Positions 9,060 to 19,347 of a stretch of 64,000 bases of DNA are shown piece by piece; position 1 is the first letter of the stretch; every line of letters starts with the position of its first letter. The position numbers and the translations under genes are program-made. Under the pieces are notes generated by a model. It saw only the letters and a list, made by a program, of their open reading frames with translations, was not told where the DNA came from and ran no database searches. The DNA is from an uncultured Chloroflexia bacterium (GTDB lineage: Bacteria; Chloroflexota; Chloroflexia; Thermomicrobiales; UBA6265): NCBI GenBank assembly GCA_963741805.1, contig CAVUJR010000059.1:9242-73241 (forward strand), in the 5' to 3' direction.

Positions 9060-10323
9060 ATGAGTCAGCTCAGTGCCTTCCGTCAGCGGACGTTCGCGTC
9101 GCTGACCAATCGCAATTTCCGCCTCTTTTTCATCGGCCAGGCCATTTCCATGTCCGGGACATGGATGCAGACCGTCGCCCAGGGCCTCCTGGTCCTCCAG
9201 CTCACGGGATCAGGCACGGCGCTGGGTATCGTCACGGCGCTGCAGGCGCTCCCCGTGCTATTCTTCGGCGCATGGGGCGGGTTGGTCGCCGACCGCCTTC
9301 CGAAGCGCACCATCCTCTACGCCACCCAGGCGATCTTCGGCCTTTCCAGCCTGCTCCTCGGGTTCGTGATCCTTGGCGGATCGGTGCAACTGTGGATGGT
9401 CTACGGCCATCGCGCTGCTCAACGGCTTCCTGAAGGTCTTCGACAACCCGACGCGCCAGACGTTCGTGCGCGAGATGGTCGGCACGGAGCGACTGACGAA
9501 CGCCGTCGCGCTGAACTCGACGCTGATGAACTTCGCGCGCATCATCGGCCCGACGATGGCCGGCATCTTCGTCGCCACGCTCGGGCTGGCCGCCTGCTTC
9601 ATCATCAACGGCCTCTCATATGTGGCGATCATCTTCATGCTGGCGCGGATGCGGGCGGACGAGCTGCACCCGGCGCCGGTGATCAAACGCGCCAGCGGCC
9701 AGCTCGCCGAGGGCCTGCGCTATGCCTGGTCGACGCCCGCGATCCGCAACACCCTGCTGATGATGGCGATCATCGGGACGTTCACGTACGAGTTCAACGT
9801 CACCCTGCCGCTGCTGGCGGAGTTCTCGCTCGACGCCGGCGCCAGCGGCTATGCGGCGCTCACCTCCGCGATGGGCATCGGCGCGGTTATCGGCGGGCTT
9901 TTCACCGCCGGACGCCGCACCACCAACGCGGGCATGCTCATGCTCGCCGCCGCGCTCTTCGGCGTCTCGGTGACGCTCGTCTCGTTCGCTCCGACACTGC
10001 ACCTCGCCTTTGCCGCCATGCTCGTCGTGGGATTCTTCTCGATCACGTTTACCTCGATGGCCAACGTCACCCTGCAGACGACGAGCGATCCGACGATGCA
10101 GGGCCGGGTGATGTCGCTCTGGTCGATCGCCTTCCTTGGCACGACGCCGATCGGCGGACCGATCATGGGTATCATCGGCGAGCATGCCGGTGCCCGGTGG
10201 AGCTTGCTCATCGGCGGCATTGCGGCCATGCTCGCGGCCGTGCTCGCCCTCCAGGCACGACGCCAGCAAGCCTCCCGCCTGGCGACCGCGCATTCAGTCG
10301 CGACGGAGCGAACGGCCGGCTAA
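9060..10323 (+). pseudogene. MFS transporter (EntS/MFS_3-like) with an apparent +1 frameshift near 9405
   Basis: The N-terminal 115 aa are in frame 9060 and the remainder in frame 9373. Deleting one G at TAC-G-GCC-ATC restores ..LWMVYAIALLNGF... Confidence 0.8.
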
Positions 10324-10386
10324 CCGGCCCCGTTCGTGCACCGGATGGCGTCACGAACCGTTTTCGACGACGGAGGTCCACGCCAC

Positions 10387-11409
10387 ATGCTCCCCCGCCT
10401 GCTCTCCACCTTGTTCGCGTTCACACTTCTGCTCCCCGGGTGGGCTGCACCTACGTCAGCGGGCCGGGAGGTCCGTTGCGGCGACGCTATCTCTGGTCTC
10501 GCACCTCCTGCCGCCGGACAACCCGGCCAATGGACAACGTTGACGCCCATGCCGCGGCCGCGCTCCGAGCTGGCGGCAGCCGTGGTCGACGAGTGGATCT
10601 ATATCGTCGGCGGATTCGGCGGCCTGGCGCAGGTGGAGTGTTTCCACCCCGCGCCCGGAACGTGGGCGGCCGCGCCAGACCTGCCCGAAGGTGTTCATCA
10701 TCCCGGCGTGGCCTCGCTCGACGACGTCGTCTTCGTCGCGGGCGGGTACACGGAAGACGGCTCGACGACCGATGCGCTGTGGGCGTTCACTCCGCGAACG
10801 GGCACATGGGAGGCCCGCGCGCCAATGCCGACCGCGCGCGGTGCGCTCGGGCTGGCGGCGGTTGACGGCAGGCTCTACGCAATCGGCGGCGCCGAGGAGC
10901 GGTTGAACGGGCCAGTCACCGGTGCGATCGAGATCTACGACCCGGCGACCGACTCGTGGTCGGCTGGTAGAGGAATGCCAACGCCCCGCGAGCACCTGGC
11001 CGTCGTGGTCGGGGATGGCACCATCTACGCCGTGGGCGGACGCGCAAACGGCGACGAGGACGAGCAGTACGCCTCCGCGGTCGAAGCGTACGACCCGGTG
11101 TCGGACGCCTGGAAGACTCTCCCTTCCCTGCCGACACCACGCGGCGGATTCACGGGCGTCTTCATCTCCGGTCACGTCGTGGTGGTGGGCGGTGAGCGCG
11201 GATCGACGACGTTCGACGCCGTGGATGCCTATGACGTGGCGACCGGCCAGTGGACCTCGCTGCCGCCGATGCTGACCGCGCGGCATGGCGTGGCGACGGC
11301 GGTCATCGGCGACACGGTCTACGCGATCGGCGGGAGCACGCTGGCTGGCCGGGTCCAGAACACCGGCGCGGCCGAGGCGATCACCTTGCCAGAGGAGGCC
11401 TTCCCGTGA
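10387..11409 (+). CDS. Kelch-repeat protein, secreted
   Basis: Signal-like MLPRLLSTLFAFTLLLPGWAAPTSA. Six repeats of the IYxxGG type (IYIVGGF, VFVAGGY, LYAIGGA, IYAVGGR, VVVVGGE, VYAIGGS). Confidence 0.8.
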   Translation: MLPRLLSTLFAFTLLLPGWAAPTSAGREVRCGDAISGLAPPAAGQPGQWTTLTPMPRPRSELAAAVVDEWIYIVGGFGGLAQVECFHPAPGTWAAAPDLPEGVHHPGVASLDDVVFVAGGYTEDGSTTDALWAFTPRTGTWEARAPMPTARGALGLAAVDGRLYAIGGAEERLNGPVTGAIEIYDPATDSWSAGRGMPTPREHLAVVVGDGTIYAVGGRANGDEDEQYASAVEAYDPVSDAWKTLPSLPTPRGGFTGVFISGHVVVVGGERGSTTFDAVDAYDVATGQWTSLPPMLTARHGVATAVIGDTVYAIGGSTLAGRVQNTGAAEAITLPEEAFP

Positions 11410-11913
11410 GCGATATCGTGACTTTCACGCTGGACGACGACGGCACATTCCCGAACAACCGCCTGCCGATGCTCGTGTATCCCCAGGCGATCGCGCCGGG
11501 CGCTGACGACCCGTGCACGGCGTTCGAGGAGCGGTTCCGCGCGAACGGCTGGGGTGGCACCTGGCGCGATGGCATCTTCGACTACCACCACTACCACGCG
11601 ACCGCGCACGAAGTACTCGGCTGTGCGCAGGGCTGGGTGCAGGTGCGGCTTGGCGGCCCAAACGGGCGCGAGGCGCGGCTCAACGCCGGGGACGTCGTGC
11701 TGCTGCCGGCCGGGACGGCGCACCGGAATCTCGGGCACAGCGCGGACTATCGGATCGTTGGCGCGTATCCGCCAGGGCCAGCACCCGGACATGAAGTACG
11801 GCGAGCCGGAGGAATACGAGGCGGCGAAGGCGTCTATCAGCCAGGTACCAGTGCCGGAGCGGGATCCCGTGCATGGAAGATCTGGCGGGGTGTTGCACGA
11901 GTGGCAGTCGTAA
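11406..11913 (+). pseudogene. Cupin (YjlB-like) protein with an apparent +1 frameshift near 11778
   Basis: The GTG start overlaps the Kelch stop. ..YRIVGAYPPG continues in the next frame as QHPDMKYGEPEEYEAAKASISQVPVPERDPVHG. The extra base is in GGG-C-CAG. Confidence 0.7.
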
Positions 11914-12053
11914 TCACCACCTGAGCGATGCAGCCACTCGAGGAGGACATTGCGGCCAATCATTGAATGGCAACATGCTTGGCGCGGTCGTATGTCCTCC
12001 GCTACGAGGGCATATCCTGTGGAGTCGAGGAGCTGGACGGATCGGGAACAGGC

Positions 12054-12398
12054 CTAATATCGCTCCTGGAGGACTCTGTCGATTTGCTCCACGAGTTTCG
12101 GCAGTGAGATCGTCACGGTCTCATAAAGAATCACGTGATCGATCTCGTCATAGGAATGCACGATTCGGTTGCGAACGCCGACAGACACGCGAAGATCCGG
12201 GATCGCTTCTTCGAGCGTTGCATCCATCCTTCGCGCCGCGTTAAGCGCTTCTCCGATCACCTCGATCGTGCGCTCGACGATGAGCTTGACCCCTTCGTTC
12301 TTCAGATACGCATCCAGCGTCAAATCATCCACGAAACGCCTGGCTGTTTCCGCATAGTCACGGGCATGACGCAGCCGACGTTCCGGATTATCAGGCAT
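12054..12398 (-). CDS. hepT: HepT-like (DUF86) ribonuclease toxin
   Basis: RNRIVHSYDEID contains the Rx4HxY motif. The start overlaps the upstream MNT stop by 8 nt. Confidence 0.85.
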   Translation of the reverse strand: MPDNPERRLRHARDYAETARRFVDDLTLDAYLKNEGVKLIVERTIEVIGEALNAARRMDATLEEAIPDLRVSVGVRNRIVHSYDEIDHVILYETVTISLPKLVEQIDRVLQERY

Positions 12399-12699
12399 AC
12401 ATAGGGGTCCGCTGGCGTTCTACTTCCGCCCGGAATTCCTCGCTCCCAATCGAGCGCTCGGTCAGCAGATCAACGCTCCGCCCGAACAGACGCTCCAGAT
12501 CGTCTGCCAGATCGAGATAGCGGTACAGGATACCCTCTCGGGATGATCGAAGGTGACAAGGAAATCGAGGTCACTGGAATCGGTCGTCGAAGGCTCCGGT
12601 CGCGGCCGGAGCCAAAGAGGTCCAGACGCTGGACGCTGTACTTCCGGCAGAGCGGCCATGATCTCCTTCCCGTTTCTGCTCGACGATCTCGGCGACCAT
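12391..12699 (-). pseudogene. mntA: MNT-type nucleotidyltransferase antitoxin, multiply frame-disrupted
   Basis: Recognisable pieces lie in three different frames within about 180 bp: MVAEIVEQKRE / EIMAAL / CRKYSVQRLDLFGS / AATGAFDDRF / SDLDFLVTFDHPE / GILYRYLDLADDLERLFGRSVDLLTERS. Confidence 0.65.
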
Positions 12700-12817
12700 G
12701 GCGACCTCCGCGCGTATCCATTCGCTCACGTATGTCCATCATACAGAACGACGGGACAGCCCGGCTGCGCGAGGAGCCGACGCTCATGGGTCAGTTCGGG
12801 ACTACCGTGTGCGCCGG

Positions 12818-13507
12818 CTACGTCGTCGTGCCGGACTCCGGGCCGTGACCGTGGCCATGCCACAGGTTCCGCGCGATCAGGTAGACGCCATAGCCGACAA
12901 GCGCGACGGGCCAGACGTAGTTCCACGCCTCGAGGATCGTCGTGGCGTTGATCGCGAAGAGCACCGAGAACACCGCCAGCACCCCGGCGACCGGGAGCGG
13001 CCAGCGCATACGGCGCCCCTCGACGTGGACGGTGGACAGCGCGGCGAAGGTCAGCGCGAGACCGGCGAAGAACACCGCGACGGAGCCCATATCGCCGAAC
13101 ACGCCGGTCGCGGCGATCAATGCGGCGATGGCGAGGAGCGCGCCACCGGGGATGATGCCCCACCAGTTCTCAGGTGTGCGGGCGTAGACAGCGAGGAAGC
13201 CGAGCCCGAGGACACCGAGGAACAGGGAAGCGCCGTACGCGTCGGCCGAGTCGCTGGCGATCAGTGCCCAGACCATCAACCCGCCAAGCCCGAGCAGCGC
13301 CCCGGCCGGAATCGCCGCCCACCAGTTCGCGCGGCTGATGATGAATCCGTAGGTGAACACCGCGCCGGCGCCGAGGAAGATCGCCGCCCAAACGGCCCCG
13401 GGCATCGGTTGGTCCATCACCATATCGAGGAACCAGAGCACGCCCGCGACGATCGCGAGCATCCCCCACCACAGATTCCACCGCTCCATGCTGCGTTCCC
13501 GCTTCAT
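12818..13507 (-). CDS. polytopic membrane protein, unknown function
   Basis: About 7 hydrophobic segments with recurring NWW/ENWW motifs and a His/Gly-rich C-terminus. Confidence 0.6.
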   Translation of the reverse strand: MKRERSMERWNLWWGMLAIVAGVLWFLDMVMDQPMPGAVWAAIFLGAGAVFTYGFIISRANWWAAIPAGALLGLGGLMVWALIASDSADAYGASLFLGVLGLGFLAVYARTPENWWGIIPGGALLAIAALIAATGVFGDMGSVAVFFAGLALTFAALSTVHVEGRRMRWPLPVAGVLAVFSVLFAINATTILEAWNYVWPVALVGYGVYLIARNLWHGHGHGPESGTTT

Positions 13508-13640
13508 CGGGAGCCTCCTGTCGTGTCCGGCAAGGCGATACCAGGCGGTATCGCCGTCCTACTTCAGCATAGGCAGCAGGCATGACAAACGCGTCCCGGC
13601 GGCCGGACAGCGCCGTGCCAGCCGCGTAACGGGACAGGCG

Positions 13641-15641
13641 TCAGGACGCCGGAATGGACGCGATGCCGGGCTCCGCCTCCTCATGATGCGGCCGCCCTTC
13701 CAGCAACGCGTGGACCGCGGCCATATTGCCTGGCGGCGTGAGGATGGTCACGAGGTCCCCGGTCTGCAGGACGGTGGCCGCCGTCGGGTACATCGTCTCC
13801 CGGTTGCGACGCACGGAGACGACGAGCGTGCCGGCTGGCAACCCCGTATCGCGAAGCGGCTGCCCGGAGAGCGATGATCCGCGCCGGACCGTGCCCTCGA
13901 CGATGAGCGAGGAGGCCGGCATCGCGCGAGCCCGGCGCACGCCACGCTGGAGCATCAGCTTGTACGAGGCGAGCGCGTCTCGATTGGTCAACTCGCCGAT
14001 CACCTGCCCGCCGTCTACCACGACGGCCCGCGTCGTGCCGGACTCCGCGAGCTGCTGCATCGCGTCATCCAGCGGCATCGCCGCGTCCACCGAAATGCCT
14101 TCGACGGGCGTCCCTTCCTCGTCAGGCAACCGCTTCCGCATCGCGTCCCGCGCGCAGAGCGCCGAGAGCAACGGGAAGCTCATGCGGATGCGGTGGGCCG
14201 GTGCATGGGTGCGATCCGGGAGCTGCGATCGGTAGATGGTGGCGTCGCCGACCAGCGCCGACGCGACCGCGACGGTGATCATCGCCGGGGCGAGCAGCGA
14301 AAGGTTGCCAGTCATCTCGGCGACCATCAACATCACCGCGAAAGGCGCGTGGGCGATGCTCCCGAAGAGCCCCATCATGCCGATGATCACGAACGGCGCG
14401 GGGCTATCCGGCATATGCGGCAGCGTGCCCTCGCCCAACCGCCAGGCGGCCGCGCCCAGCATGCCGCCAACGACCATGCCAGGGCCGAAGATGCCGCCGG
14501 CGCCACCGCTGCCGATCGAGAAGGACGTCGCCAGGATCTTCGCGAAGGGCAGGACAAGGATCGTCCACAGGGGCAGGTTGAAGATTTCGTCGGTCATCAC
14601 CATCTGCACCCAGCCATATCCGGTGTGCAGCGAACCGGCAACGAACAGGCCCATGATCCCGACGAGCAGGCCGCCGACGCCCGGCTTGATCCAGAGCGGA
14701 ATGCGCAGGCGGTGGAAGGCGGCCTGGATGCCGTAGAAAGTGCGCGAGTAGAGCAACCCGCCGAGCCCGAGTACCAGACCAAGGACGACATACCAGACGA
14801 GCGTCATCGGATCCGAGAAGCCGAGGCCCGGCTGGGCCCCGAAGATCGGCTCCCAGCCGTTGAAGTAGCCGTAGACGCTGTAGCCCACGATCGATGAGAT
14901 CAGCGCCGGCAGGAGCACCTCCACCTCCAGATCGTGGAGGTAGAGGATCTCGGCGGACATCAGCGCGCCGCCGAGCGGGGCACGGAAGATGGACCCGATA
15001 CCGGCGCCCATACCGGCCGCGACGGCGATGCGGCGGTCCTCCGGGCCGAGCTTCAGCCAGCGGGAGAGCATGGAGGCGAACCCGGAGGAGATCTGCGCGG
15101 TCGGGCCCTCGCGTCCACCCGAGCCACCGCTGCCGATGGTGATCGCCGAGGCGACCAGCTTGATCGGCGGGATGCGCGGGTTGATCTCGGCGCGCTTGTG
15201 GTGGATGGCCTCGATGGCGGCGTCGGTGCCGTGGCCTTCCGCCTCCGGGGCCCAGCGGAAGACGATGAATCCCGCAATGAGGCCGCCGACCGTGGTCACG
15301 ATCGGGATCATCCACGGACGACCGATATCCATCAATCCGTGGTCGCCCTCTCCCGCAGGCGACGGTGGCATATAGCCGGCAAGCCGTCCGAGGAAGAACT
15401 CTGTGCTGGTTTCAATGGCCCAGGTGAACAGCAGCGCGCCGAGGCCGGCGACGACGCCGATGATGGTGCCGAGGACGATCCATTTGAGAAGAAAGCGAGA
15501 GCTTTCGAACTGGGCCAGCTCATCGAAGCGTACGCGGTCGCGCGAGGCGCGGAAGAATGAGGTCCACCGGGGGCCACGATCGGACTCCCGTGCCTCGTCG
15601 GACGGGCCGGAAGGCATGGTCATAGAAAAGGTTCCTTTCAT
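13641..15641 (-). CDS. ClC-family chloride channel / H+-Cl- antiporter with C-terminal CBS and TrkA-C-like domains
   Basis: GSGGSGGREGP and GIFGPG selectivity-filter motifs. The long cytoplasmic tail ends in a TrkA-C-like segment. The start may be ATG 15623. Confidence 0.9.
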   Translation of the reverse strand: MKGTFSMTMPSGPSDEARESDRGPRWTSFFRASRDRVRFDELAQFESSRFLLKWIVLGTIIGVVAGLGALLFTWAIETSTEFFLGRLAGYMPPSPAGEGDHGLMDIGRPWMIPIVTTVGGLIAGFIVFRWAPEAEGHGTDAAIEAIHHKRAEINPRIPPIKLVASAITIGSGGSGGREGPTAQISSGFASMLSRWLKLGPEDRRIAVAAGMGAGIGSIFRAPLGGALMSAEILYLHDLEVEVLLPALISSIVGYSVYGYFNGWEPIFGAQPGLGFSDPMTLVWYVVLGLVLGLGGLLYSRTFYGIQAAFHRLRIPLWIKPGVGGLLVGIMGLFVAGSLHTGYGWVQMVMTDEIFNLPLWTILVLPFAKILATSFSIGSGGAGGIFGPGMVVGGMLGAAAWRLGEGTLPHMPDSPAPFVIIGMMGLFGSIAHAPFAVMLMVAEMTGNLSLLAPAMITVAVASALVGDATIYRSQLPDRTHAPAHRIRMSFPLLSALCARDAMRKRLPDEEGTPVEGISVDAAMPLDDAMQQLAESGTTRAVVVDGGQVIGELTNRDALASYKLMLQRGVRRARAMPASSLIVEGTVRRGSSLSGQPLRDTGLPAGTLVVSVRRNRETMYPTAATVLQTGDLVTILTPPGNMAAVHALLEGRPHHEEAEPGIASIPAS

Positions 15642-15965
15642 CGATCACACAGGAGACGGTGCGATGAAAGGTGTCTACGGTCCGTTACGGGCGCGGAGGC
15701 AGTTCCAGCGGCGGCGGCGATGGCGCGGAGGCAGCGCGAGCACGCCGTAGCAAAAAGGTTGCACGGCGGTTCGGGATGGCAGGTTGGCTGCGATCCGAAG
15801 GGCGCTCACGAGGGATTTCTCCGGTCAATGCGAGGATCGGGGAGATTTTCCCCTCATTTAGTATGGGTCCTTTTGGAGAAGATGTCGAATCGGCCGGACG
15901 GACTCGGTACCCGTGACTAGTCGGTCGAAGTGACACACAGCGTATACCTATCTTCCCCCATGAGT

Positions 15966-16560
15966 TCATACCGAAGGCAAACGGCATGCCGGACCGGGAC
16001 GCCCCTCGCCGTGGGGCGAGGGGCGTCGACGGGGCGCACACTTGGGGAAACGGCACTGGGACCAGAGGCGCCTGGTGGCGATCTCGGCGCCTTGCGCAAG
16101 CGACTCGAGCTTCGCCCAGGCGATGTGCTCGTGGATGCACCCGCCGAGGCCGCAGTCCGTACTGGCCATGACATTCTCGCGCCCGACCAGCCGCGCGAAG
16201 TTCTCGATGCGGTCGGCAACCAGCTCGGGGTGCTCGACGACGTTCGTCGCGTGGCCGACCATGCCCGGGATCAGCACCTTGCCTTCCGGCAACTTCACGT
16301 CCTTCCAGACCTTCCACTCGTGCTCGTGACGCGCATTGGCCGCCTCGAACGAGTAACCCTGCGCGTTGATCTGGAGCACGAGGTCCACGATGTGCCTCAA
16401 CTCGATGTCCGTCGTATGCGGGCCGTGCCAGGAGCCCCAGCAGATGTGGATGCGGACCCGGTCCTCCGGGATGCCCTGCAGGGCGTGATTGATGGCGTCG
16501 ACGCGGATCTGGGTGAATTTGGCGTTCCCGGATTCATCGTATCTCCGGCGATGAACGATG
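15966..16560 (-). pseudogene. 5'-truncated remnant of a cobalamin-independent methionine synthase (MetE C-terminal/UROD-like) family gene
   Basis: Only the C-terminal half is present (RVRIHICWGSWHGPHTTD..EAANARHEHEW..ASTDCGLGG). The open frame upstream lacks a start and runs into the neighbouring gene. Confidence 0.6.
15998..16028. terminator. perfect 13-bp GC-rich stem-loop (GACGCCCCTCGCC-GTGG-GGCGAGGGGCGTC)
   Basis: Seen directly. It lies in the tail of the MetE-like remnant ORF and may be a terminator or a REP element. Confidence 0.4.
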
Positions 16561-16645
16561 GTCCGGCGCCATGGCCACCCCGCATGCCGACTCGCATTTT
16601 CGACACCGTGAGGGAGCCCCCTGGCCCAAACATGCTGGATGCCGG

Positions 16646-17743
16646 TTAGCGCGGATCCTGCGCGAGAAGGACGTGATACTGGCGTGTCGCGGCGACAGGT
16701 TCCACGTGGTGGAAGACCCGCGACATGCGCTTGCCATAGGCGAGGAAGGCGTTGGCGACGATGAGGAGCGAGCCGCCGGGACGAAGGTGCGCCGGGGCCT
16801 GGTCGATCAGGCGGTCGGCGACGGCGGTGTCGACCTCCTTGCCGCGGTGGAACGGCGGGTTGCTGATGATGAGGTCGTAGTGCTCATCCGGCACCGCGCT
16901 ATAGACGTCGCTGGCGAGCGCGCGGCCGGGCACACCGAGGCGCCGGAGATTCCGCGCGGCGGCCTCGACGGCGAGCAAATTCGCGTCGACGAGATCGACA
17001 TCCGATGCCCCAAGCGCGTGCGCGAGGATTCCGATGATTCCAGCGCCGCAGCCGACGTCGAGCACGCGCCCCGTGTCAGGCACGGTGAGATGTTGGAGAA
17101 GGAGCGCCGTGCCGGCGTCGAGCCGGTCGCCCGCGAAGACACCCGGCTGGGTTTCCAGATCGAGCGAGACACCGCGTGCCTCGACGGCGAAGCGCTGCCA
17201 GCTCCCCGGCTGCACACCGGCCTTCTTGCTCCAGGCAGGAAGATCGCGCTCGGCTTCCTCGCGGACGAATCGCGCATGGCGATGCTTCTGCCGGTACCCG
17301 GTGTCCAGCGCGTGCCCGAACACGCCCTGCGCGTCGGCGATAACCGACTTCGCCCCGGCCACGTTCGCCCCGGCAATCAGGAGATCGCCACCGGACACGA
17401 GCGCTTCCCGCGCCGTCAGGATGAGGCGTCGCGCAAGGTCGCGATCCAGCGGGACGGGTAGCAGGACGCGTCCGTACGCATCCTGAAACACGTTGTCTCT
17501 TACGACAACACCCGGGCCGGCATGCTCGCGCTCCGTGACGAGGAGCGGACGCCAGTGGACGACGTGCCCCTCCTCAGCCAGCGCGTTCGGCAGCGCCGCC
17601 TCACCGCCGAGCACGAGCCACGGTCCGGCGGTTTCGCTGGCAAGCGCCTCTTCGATCAGCAGGGAGGTGACAGGTTCCACAGGGACTCTCGCGCATAGGA
17701 TGCGGACGGTCGTTGCGGCAATGCTAGCACCGCCGGTTGGCAT
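16646..17743 (-). CDS. Class I SAM-dependent methyltransferase, RsmC/RlmG-like (rRNA m2G type)
   Basis: VLDVGCGAGIIG SAM motif and the NPPFH catalytic motif. The start is placed at Met63 to avoid overlap with the divergent gene. Confidence 0.75.
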   Translation of the reverse strand: MPTGGASIAATTVRILCARVPVEPVTSLLIEEALASETAGPWLVLGGEAALPNALAEEGHVVHWRPLLVTEREHAGPGVVVRDNVFQDAYGRVLLPVPLDRDLARRLILTAREALVSGGDLLIAGANVAGAKSVIADAQGVFGHALDTGYRQKHRHARFVREEAERDLPAWSKKAGVQPGSWQRFAVEARGVSLDLETQPGVFAGDRLDAGTALLLQHLTVPDTGRVLDVGCGAGIIGILAHALGASDVDLVDANLLAVEAAARNLRRLGVPGRALASDVYSAVPDEHYDLIISNPPFHRGKEVDTAVADRLIDQAPAHLRPGGSLLIVANAFLAYGKRMSRVFHHVEPVAATRQYHVLLAQDPR

Positions 17744-17839
17744 CGGTTCTGCTGCGAAGAGTGATGCCGGAGCGAAGCGTTTCCTCCGGCTCGCCCGCCC
17801 CAGGGCCGACCGCGCGAACCGATGTGAGAAAGGGACGAT

Positions 17840-18157
17840 ATGAAGTTCTACTGTGAATTCACCTGGTTCCCCGGTACCACGCGTCGGGATGTGGCCGAGC
17901 GCATCGTCCAGCAACATGAGGCCGGGCACAACAACCCGGATCGGATCACGGGTTGGTACAACCTCGTCGGCGGGGGTGCTGGCTTCCTGATCGTCGACTA
18001 TGACGACCCGAAGGAGCTGACCGCCTTCCTCCAGCCGTACATGGACGTCATGAGCTTCGATGTCCGGGCCATCACCGAGAACAGCTACGAGGACACGGTG
18101 AAGGAGATGCGGGAGATCCTCGAAACCGTCGAGGACACTCAGCCGATCGCGTTATAG
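17840..18157 (+). CDS. DUF3303-family protein
   Basis: MKFYCEFTWFPG...WYNLVGGGAGFLIVDYDDPKELTAFLQPY is typical of DUF3303. Confidence 0.7.
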   Translation: MKFYCEFTWFPGTTRRDVAERIVQQHEAGHNNPDRITGWYNLVGGGAGFLIVDYDDPKELTAFLQPYMDVMSFDVRAITENSYEDTVKEMREILETVEDTQPIAL

Positions 18158-18243
18158 GCGCTGGATCGAAGGGCGGAGTGATGTGCATGTTGCCCGTCGT
18201 TCCGTCTCCAGGAAGCCGAAGCAGACGCGGGTGGCGTCGCGTC

Positions 18244-19347
18244 CTAGACGACGAAACGGCCGTCCTTCTGGAACAACTCGCCGTCAACGGTGACCTGCCC
18301 GCCCTGGCGAAGGTCGCAGATCATGTCCCAGTGGATCGCCGATGCGTTCGTGCTGCCCGTCTCAGGGTAGCCGCGCCCGACCGCCATATGTACCGTGCCG
18401 CCGATCTTCTCGTCGAAGAGGATGTTCTTGATGAAGCGCTGGATGTCGAAGTTCGTGCCGAAGGCGAATTCGCCAAGCGTCCGCGCGCCCTCATCCGTGT
18501 CCAGCGTCCTGATCAGGTAGTCCTCGTTCTTCGCGGCGGTGGCGTTCACAACGCGGCCATCACGGAACTCGAGCCGGATGTCCTCGATCTGCCGGCCGGC
18601 GGTCACGACCGGGAACGAGAACCGAACATGGCCGTTGACGGAGTCCTCGACCGGACTGGTGAAGATCTCGCCACTCGGGAAGTTGCGACGACCGTCGGAG
18701 TTGATCCAGCCCCGGCCGGCGACGGACAGGGTCAAATCCGTGCCCGGGCCGGTGAGATGGATCTCGCTCTTGCCGTCAAGCCAGTCTATGAGGCGCTGTT
18801 GCTCGACACGGAGCTCTGCCCAGGCGGCAACCGGGTCGTCACGGTCGAGCTTGCAGGCACGCATGACGAAGTCCTCGAACTCCTGCGTGTCCATGTCGGC
18901 GTCCTGCGCATAGGCATCCGTGGGAAAGAGCGTGAGCGTCCAATCCAGCTCCCCGTCGGCAGCGCGGCGCATATAGGCCTCGGAGAGATGCGTGCGTGCG
19001 GCGGCGTAGAGCGCCTGCCGGGCAGGATCGACCGCGCTCAGGCGACGCGTGTTCGTCTCGGCGCGGATATTGATCACAGCATCCGCGTGGAGGCGCATGA
19101 ACTCCTCCATGGGAGAGATGTACTGCAGCTGCTCGTCCGAGCCATGGAGCAGGAGGTCTGCGGTTATGCCCTCCAGCTGCGGCATCACGACCGGGTGCCC
19201 ACCCCGGGCGACGACCTCTTTCGCTACCTCGCGGATCAGCGGTTCAGCGGCCGGCTGGCCCACGATCGCGACCGTCTGGCCCGGCTGCACATCCACCGAG
19301 TAGCCCACAAGGGCCTTCGCCCATTTCTCCATCCGTGGGTTCGCCAT
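18244..19347 (-). CDS. Aminopeptidase, M29 (AmpS/PepS) family
   Basis: Full-length similarity pattern to thermophilic aminopeptidase T/S (MEKWAKALVGYSV.., FAFGTN.., IHWDMI). Confidence 0.85.
   Translation of the reverse strand: MANPRMEKWAKALVGYSVDVQPGQTVAIVGQPAAEPLIREVAKEVVARGGHPVVMPQLEGITADLLLHGSDEQLQYISPMEEFMRLHADAVINIRAETNTRRLSAVDPARQALYAAARTHLSEAYMRRAADGELDWTLTLFPTDAYAQDADMDTQEFEDFVMRACKLDRDDPVAAWAELRVEQQRLIDWLDGKSEIHLTGPGTDLTLSVAGRGWINSDGRRNFPSGEIFTSPVEDSVNGHVRFSFPVVTAGRQIEDIRLEFRDGRVVNATAAKNEDYLIRTLDTDEGARTLGEFAFGTNFDIQRFIKNILFDEKIGGTVHMAVGRGYPETGSTNASAIHWDMICDLRQGGQVTVDGELFQKDGRFVV

Noticed and set aside
15642-15965. Fluoride (crcB-motif) riboswitch upstream of the ClC gene
   Set aside because: No match by eye to the crcB-motif core. 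The channel also has CBS and TrkA-C domains typical of canonical ClC rather than ClC-F.
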